A DNA stretch of 32,000 nt from Deinococcus radiodurans R1 = ATCC 13939 = DSM 20539 (GTDB lineage: Bacteria; Deinococcota; Deinococci; Deinococcales; Deinococcaceae): NCBI RefSeq assembly GCF_000008565.1, contig NC_000958.1, positions 145,467-177,466 on the forward strand, read 5' to 3'. The notes under the pieces are model-generated. The model searched no databases. It saw only the letters and a list, made by a program, of their open reading frames with translations, and was not told the DNA's origin. Each line of letters starts with the position of its first letter. The stretch's first letter is position 1. The translations under genes and the position numbers were made by a program. Below are positions 29,006 through 32,000 of this stretch, in pieces.

Positions 29006-30333
29006 TGCCAGGGGCGCCTCCTCCGAATCAAGCCCCGCATTTTGAGGTCCGTGAGCACGACCTCTTGGTGCCTGGCATCCGTCGTCCTGAGTGGAAGGCC
29101 AATGTCACGGCTCTGCCCCCGGCAGTCTTTGAAGCCGTGCAGGCTGCCTTGTTCGACCCTCGGTATGAGCTGAGCCCGGTGGCCACCATGACCCGCTTTG
29201 AGGGCCGTGCGGCCCTGAAGCTCACGCAGTGGGTGGGGCTCCTGCGTACCCCAGACGGCGCGACGGTGGAGATCTTGCCCAAGACCCACGAGCGCCCGGG
29301 CACTCGCACCGGAGCCGAGTCCCTGGAGCGCAGCCGCGCACTGCTGCTGCGTATGCTCGCCGCCACCGACGAGCGCTTCCGGGTGGCGCCGCCAGCCGAG
29401 TTGCAAACCGCCCACATGCCGCTTTACGAGGTGGTCATCCGCTACGCCCTGGAAGGCGTCCGCGCCGCCGTTCGCCGGGGCATTCCACACGCTTATGTTC
29501 CGGTGCAGGAGGAACGCCCTGGACTGCGGGGCCGGCTGGACCTTCCCCGGCAGGTGCGGCAACCGCCCCACCGCGCCCACCTGCTCCACGTCACCTACGA
29601 CGAATTTTTGCCGGACCGGCCTGAGACACGCCTGACCCGCCTTTCGGTAGAACGTCTCGCTGCCCTGACCCGCCTGCCGGCCAACCAGCGCTTGGCCCGC
29701 GAACTCCTTCATGCTCTGGATGAGGTGCCCCCGAGCCGCAACGTCAACGTGGACTTCGCGGCGTGGCGGCTGGGCCGGGGGCACACCCACTTTGCGCCGC
29801 TTGAGGCGCTGTGCCGCATGGTGCTTTATGAACTCAATCCCATAGTGGCTGGGAAAAAAACCCAGGCTCACGCGCTGCTGTTCGACATGAATGTGGTCTA
29901 CGAGGCTTACGTGGCCCAGCTTCTGCGTCGCCTTTACCCGACGTGGACGGTTGCTACCCAGGTCACCCAGCGGGCCCTGGGAGACGCTGACGGCCTTCCC
30001 GCCTTCCGGTTGCGCCCCGACCTGTTGCTGCGCACAGAAGAGGGGCAGGTCATCGTCGCGGACACCAAGTGGAAGCGCCTTGAGGCCGACAAAGCCCCCA
30101 CCTACGACGTGGCCAATGCAGACGCCTATCAAATGCTCGCCTATAGCGAGGCCTTTCAGCACAGCGCGGCGTACACGCACAAGGCCCTCTGGCTGATCTA
30201 CCCCCGATTGCCCGGCCTGCCACCTGTCAGTGCTCCCATCCGCCTTGGGCAGGGGCGCACCCTCAGCATCGTCACCATTGACCTGAATCAGGCGGACCCT
30301 GGGGCACAATGGCCAGCTTCGGTCTTGACCTGA
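29005..30333 (+). CDS. mcrC: McrC-like PD-(D/E)xK nuclease subunit
   Basis: 442 aa. RPDLLL...VIVADTKWKRL (30061-30080) and NADAYQMLAY match the McrC nuclease core pattern. Its start overlaps the mcrB-like stop (TGATG). Confidence 0.8.
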   Translation: MPGAPPPNQAPHFEVREHDLLVPGIRRPEWKANVTALPPAVFEAVQAALFDPRYELSPVATMTRFEGRAALKLTQWVGLLRTPDGATVEILPKTHERPGTRTGAESLERSRALLLRMLAATDERFRVAPPAELQTAHMPLYEVVIRYALEGVRAAVRRGIPHAYVPVQEERPGLRGRLDLPRQVRQPPHRAHLLHVTYDEFLPDRPETRLTRLSVERLAALTRLPANQRLARELLHALDEVPPSRNVNVDFAAWRLGRGHTHFAPLEALCRMVLYELNPIVAGKKTQAHALLFDMNVVYEAYVAQLLRRLYPTWTVATQVTQRALGDADGLPAFRLRPDLLLRTEEGQVIVADTKWKRLEADKAPTYDVANADAYQMLAYSEAFQHSAAYTHKALWLIYPRLPGLPPVSAPIRLGQGRTLSIVTIDLNQADPGAQWPASVLT

Positions 30334-30481
30334 ACACACTCAGCGGTACGCACGAGGGCAGCAGCTGACCTCCCACAGCTCATCCTCTGCTCTCAAGGGC
30401 CAGGCACGATGTCCTTAATACCTAACAGGTTGAGATGCCATCCGGCCCTGCTCGGGGGATCAACAGTTTGTCATCTCCCGC

Positions 30482-30760
30482 CTAGAGAGGCAGCAGAGGA
30501 TTGAGACTGCGCCTGAGTTGATCGACTTGATCATCGAGGGTGGCCGACGACACCGCTGCGGCCAACACACGGGCTAATGCCGCCGCCTGAATTTCCCCGC
30601 TGCGGCAGCGCTCTTCCAGCCGCTCCCATTGGTCGGGGCTGAAACGTTTGCGCAAGTACAGGTGCAGCGTTCCCTTATGGGCTTCCCACTGCTCCGTGGG
30701 CGACCTGCTTTCTAACGCTGCCAACTGTGCGAGGAGTTCGCTTTGCTCAGCCTCGACCAC
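30482..30760 (-). CDS. Hypothetical small protein downstream of repA-like gene
   Basis: 92-aa ORF with a GTG start, 17 nt after the RepA stop, and codon third positions fairly GC-rich. I recognise no family and see no clear RBS. Confidence 0.35.
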   Translation of the reverse strand: MVEAEQSELLAQLAALESRSPTEQWEAHKGTLHLYLRKRFSPDQWERLEERCRSGEIQAAALARVLAAAVSSATLDDQVDQLRRSLNPLLPL

Positions 30761-30777
30761 TTTCTGCCGCTTTGCAG

Positions 30778-31878
30778 TCAGCTCCGACAGCCGCTGCTCA
30801 CGTTCACGGCGAGGTTCGACGAACTCTTCCGGAAGCTGATATTTGCCTGGATTCTCGATGAAGTCCGCAACCAGGCCGCCGGGATTACGTACCGTGCCGC
30901 CCGTGCTGGCCCTGCGGCTTTCCAGAAACCGCAGGCCTCCTCCACCCGTTCCGGGTGCTGCGCGGCCAGAGCTGTGGCGCGTGAGACCGTCACGCCCGCG
31001 TGGCGCAGCAAGACCACGAGCGCCGGATCCGCCGCTCCCCTCTCCGCAAAGGTGTAAGAGGCGTAGGCCTTCTTGCCGCGCCCCTCAATGCTCACGGCTT
31101 CCAGATACCTGTTGGCCAGCAACTCGTCATGGGCCGCTTCAAGAGCGCGGCGAACAAGGTCCGTGCGTTCGGTGGTGAGGCCGGTCGCCAGCCGCCACTC
31201 CGCCAAAGGAACACGTAACTGATCAAGCAATGTCCCGTCATCTTGCCGCCGGTGTGCCTGCAACGTCCGGTACAGGGCGCGTGCCGGTGGCTGCTCCAAC
31301 TGATGAAGCAATTGGCCGTCCAGCACCTGAGAGACACCGTTGCGGATGCTGGCGGCCAGTTGCTCACCCAAACGGATGCTCAGGGTCGCTTCGCCGTCCA
31401 ACATGCTGAGGGCGTTGGCATCTTCAGCGTCACGGTAACGGATGCCTTCAAGAAACCTCACACCCACGTTGTCCCAAGTCACCCTGCCCGACGCGTTGGC
31501 GACAGAAGTCTTACGGCCCACGATCACGCTCGTCAGGTAAAGCCGTCGCAGGCTCTGACGCAGCCGGTGGTAGCTGTCCCCGTTGTTGCCCAGCCCCATG
31601 AGTTCACGCATTTCGTAGGCGGTCGTGTGGACCCAATTGTCTTCCGGGCAGCTGCTCGCAACAAACAAGGTCTCGACAGCTACCAGCGTGTCGGTATCGA
31701 TGCCATGAGGACGGCCTTCAGGCGTAATCGCTTCGATCCGAAACGTCCTGCCGTTAATGGTGAACTCCGACTTCCAGCTGGTCACCTCACGGTCAATTCT
31801 GGAGTGCATGCTGATCACGCCGAACCGGGCGAAATTGAGTTCGTCATGAAAATTGTTGGGCTTGGGTTTCTTGGGCAT
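30778..31878 (-). CDS. Plasmid replication initiator protein A (RepA/RPA family)
   Basis: ELNFARFGVISMHSRIDREVTSWKSEFTINGRTFRIEAITPEGRPHGIDTDTLVAVETLF fits the replication initiator protein A pattern. I prefer ATG comp. 31876-31878 (MPKKPKPNNF), preceded by AGGAAG, over the ORF-track start at 31971. Confidence 0.7.
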   Translation of the reverse strand: MPKKPKPNNFHDELNFARFGVISMHSRIDREVTSWKSEFTINGRTFRIEAITPEGRPHGIDTDTLVAVETLFVASSCPEDNWVHTTAYEMRELMGLGNNGDSYHRLRQSLRRLYLTSVIVGRKTSVANASGRVTWDNVGVRFLEGIRYRDAEDANALSMLDGEATLSIRLGEQLAASIRNGVSQVLDGQLLHQLEQPPARALYRTLQAHRRQDDGTLLDQLRVPLAEWRLATGLTTERTDLVRRALEAAHDELLANRYLEAVSIEGRGKKAYASYTFAERGAADPALVVLLRHAGVTVSRATALAAQHPERVEEACGFWKAAGPARAARYVIPAAWLRTSSRIQANISFRKSSSNLAVNVSSGCRS

Positions 31879-31893
31879 CTCTTCTTCCTGAGG

Positions 31894-31938
31894 TGTTGTT
31901 GTTTTTAAATACTTAAAAGATATAAAAGAACAACAACA
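31894..31938. repeat. 10-bp perfect inverted repeat (TGTTGTTGTT / AACAACAACA) flanking a 25-nt fully A/T-rich spacer, immediately upstream of repA
   Basis: 31894-31903 is the reverse complement of 31929-31938. The spacer is TTTAAATACTTAAAAGATATAAAAG. This is the most AT-rich spot in the window. Confidence 0.5.
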
Positions 31939-32000
31939 AGGACGGCTTCTCTCGTCGTGCTGGACGAACATTTTCGACTTTTTCCCGCAAAGGTGTCGCT

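Noticed and set aside
27599-30339. 375-aa and 452-aa minus-strand ORFs (27599-28726, 28981-30339)
   Set aside because: They are antisense to the McrB-like and McrC-like genes, show no family signatures, and have shadow-ORF composition.

Overview
The window is a GC-rich accessory segment. Composition, IS content and a leaderless-type promoter look Deinococcus-like, but that is inference and I cannot verify it.

Positions 1 to 10.3 kb are all minus strand. They carry a siderophore-interacting reductase (partial, runs off the edge), an Fe-siderophore binding protein and a TetR regulator whose N-terminus is out of frame. These are followed by two tandem CNNM/CorC-type (DUF21-CBS-CorC_HlyC) genes, a TerC-family gene, a complete 1322-bp IS with perfect 19-bp inverted repeats, and an alanine/glycine:cation symporter.

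At about 10.4 kb an IS4-family copy marks the edge of a roughly 19-kb plus-strand defence island with three parts.
1. A three-gene module resembling class 1 DISARM:
   - a 1706-aa DEXH helicase fused to a DUF1998 region and a C-terminal Vsr/DUF559-like endonuclease;
   - a 941-aa SNF2 helicase;
   - an Eco57I/PglX-type N6-adenine methyltransferase of about 1320 aa that is broken twice, by an in-frame TAA at 21479-21481 and by an IS630 insertion at a TA (23122/24190).
2. A HicA / HicB / SecB-like chaperone (TAC-type) module in a lower-GC patch.
3. A McrB-like GTPase (969 aa, large N-terminal region and an insertion between Walker A and B) and a McrC-like nuclease. These are joined to the TAC module by overlapping stop/start codons.

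The right end carries a small ORF and a RepA-type replication initiator on the minus strand, with an AT-rich inverted repeat upstream. That suggests a plasmid or megaplasmid.

I saw no rRNA, tRNA or CRISPR array. Many long ORFs antisense to real genes are GC-driven shadows.
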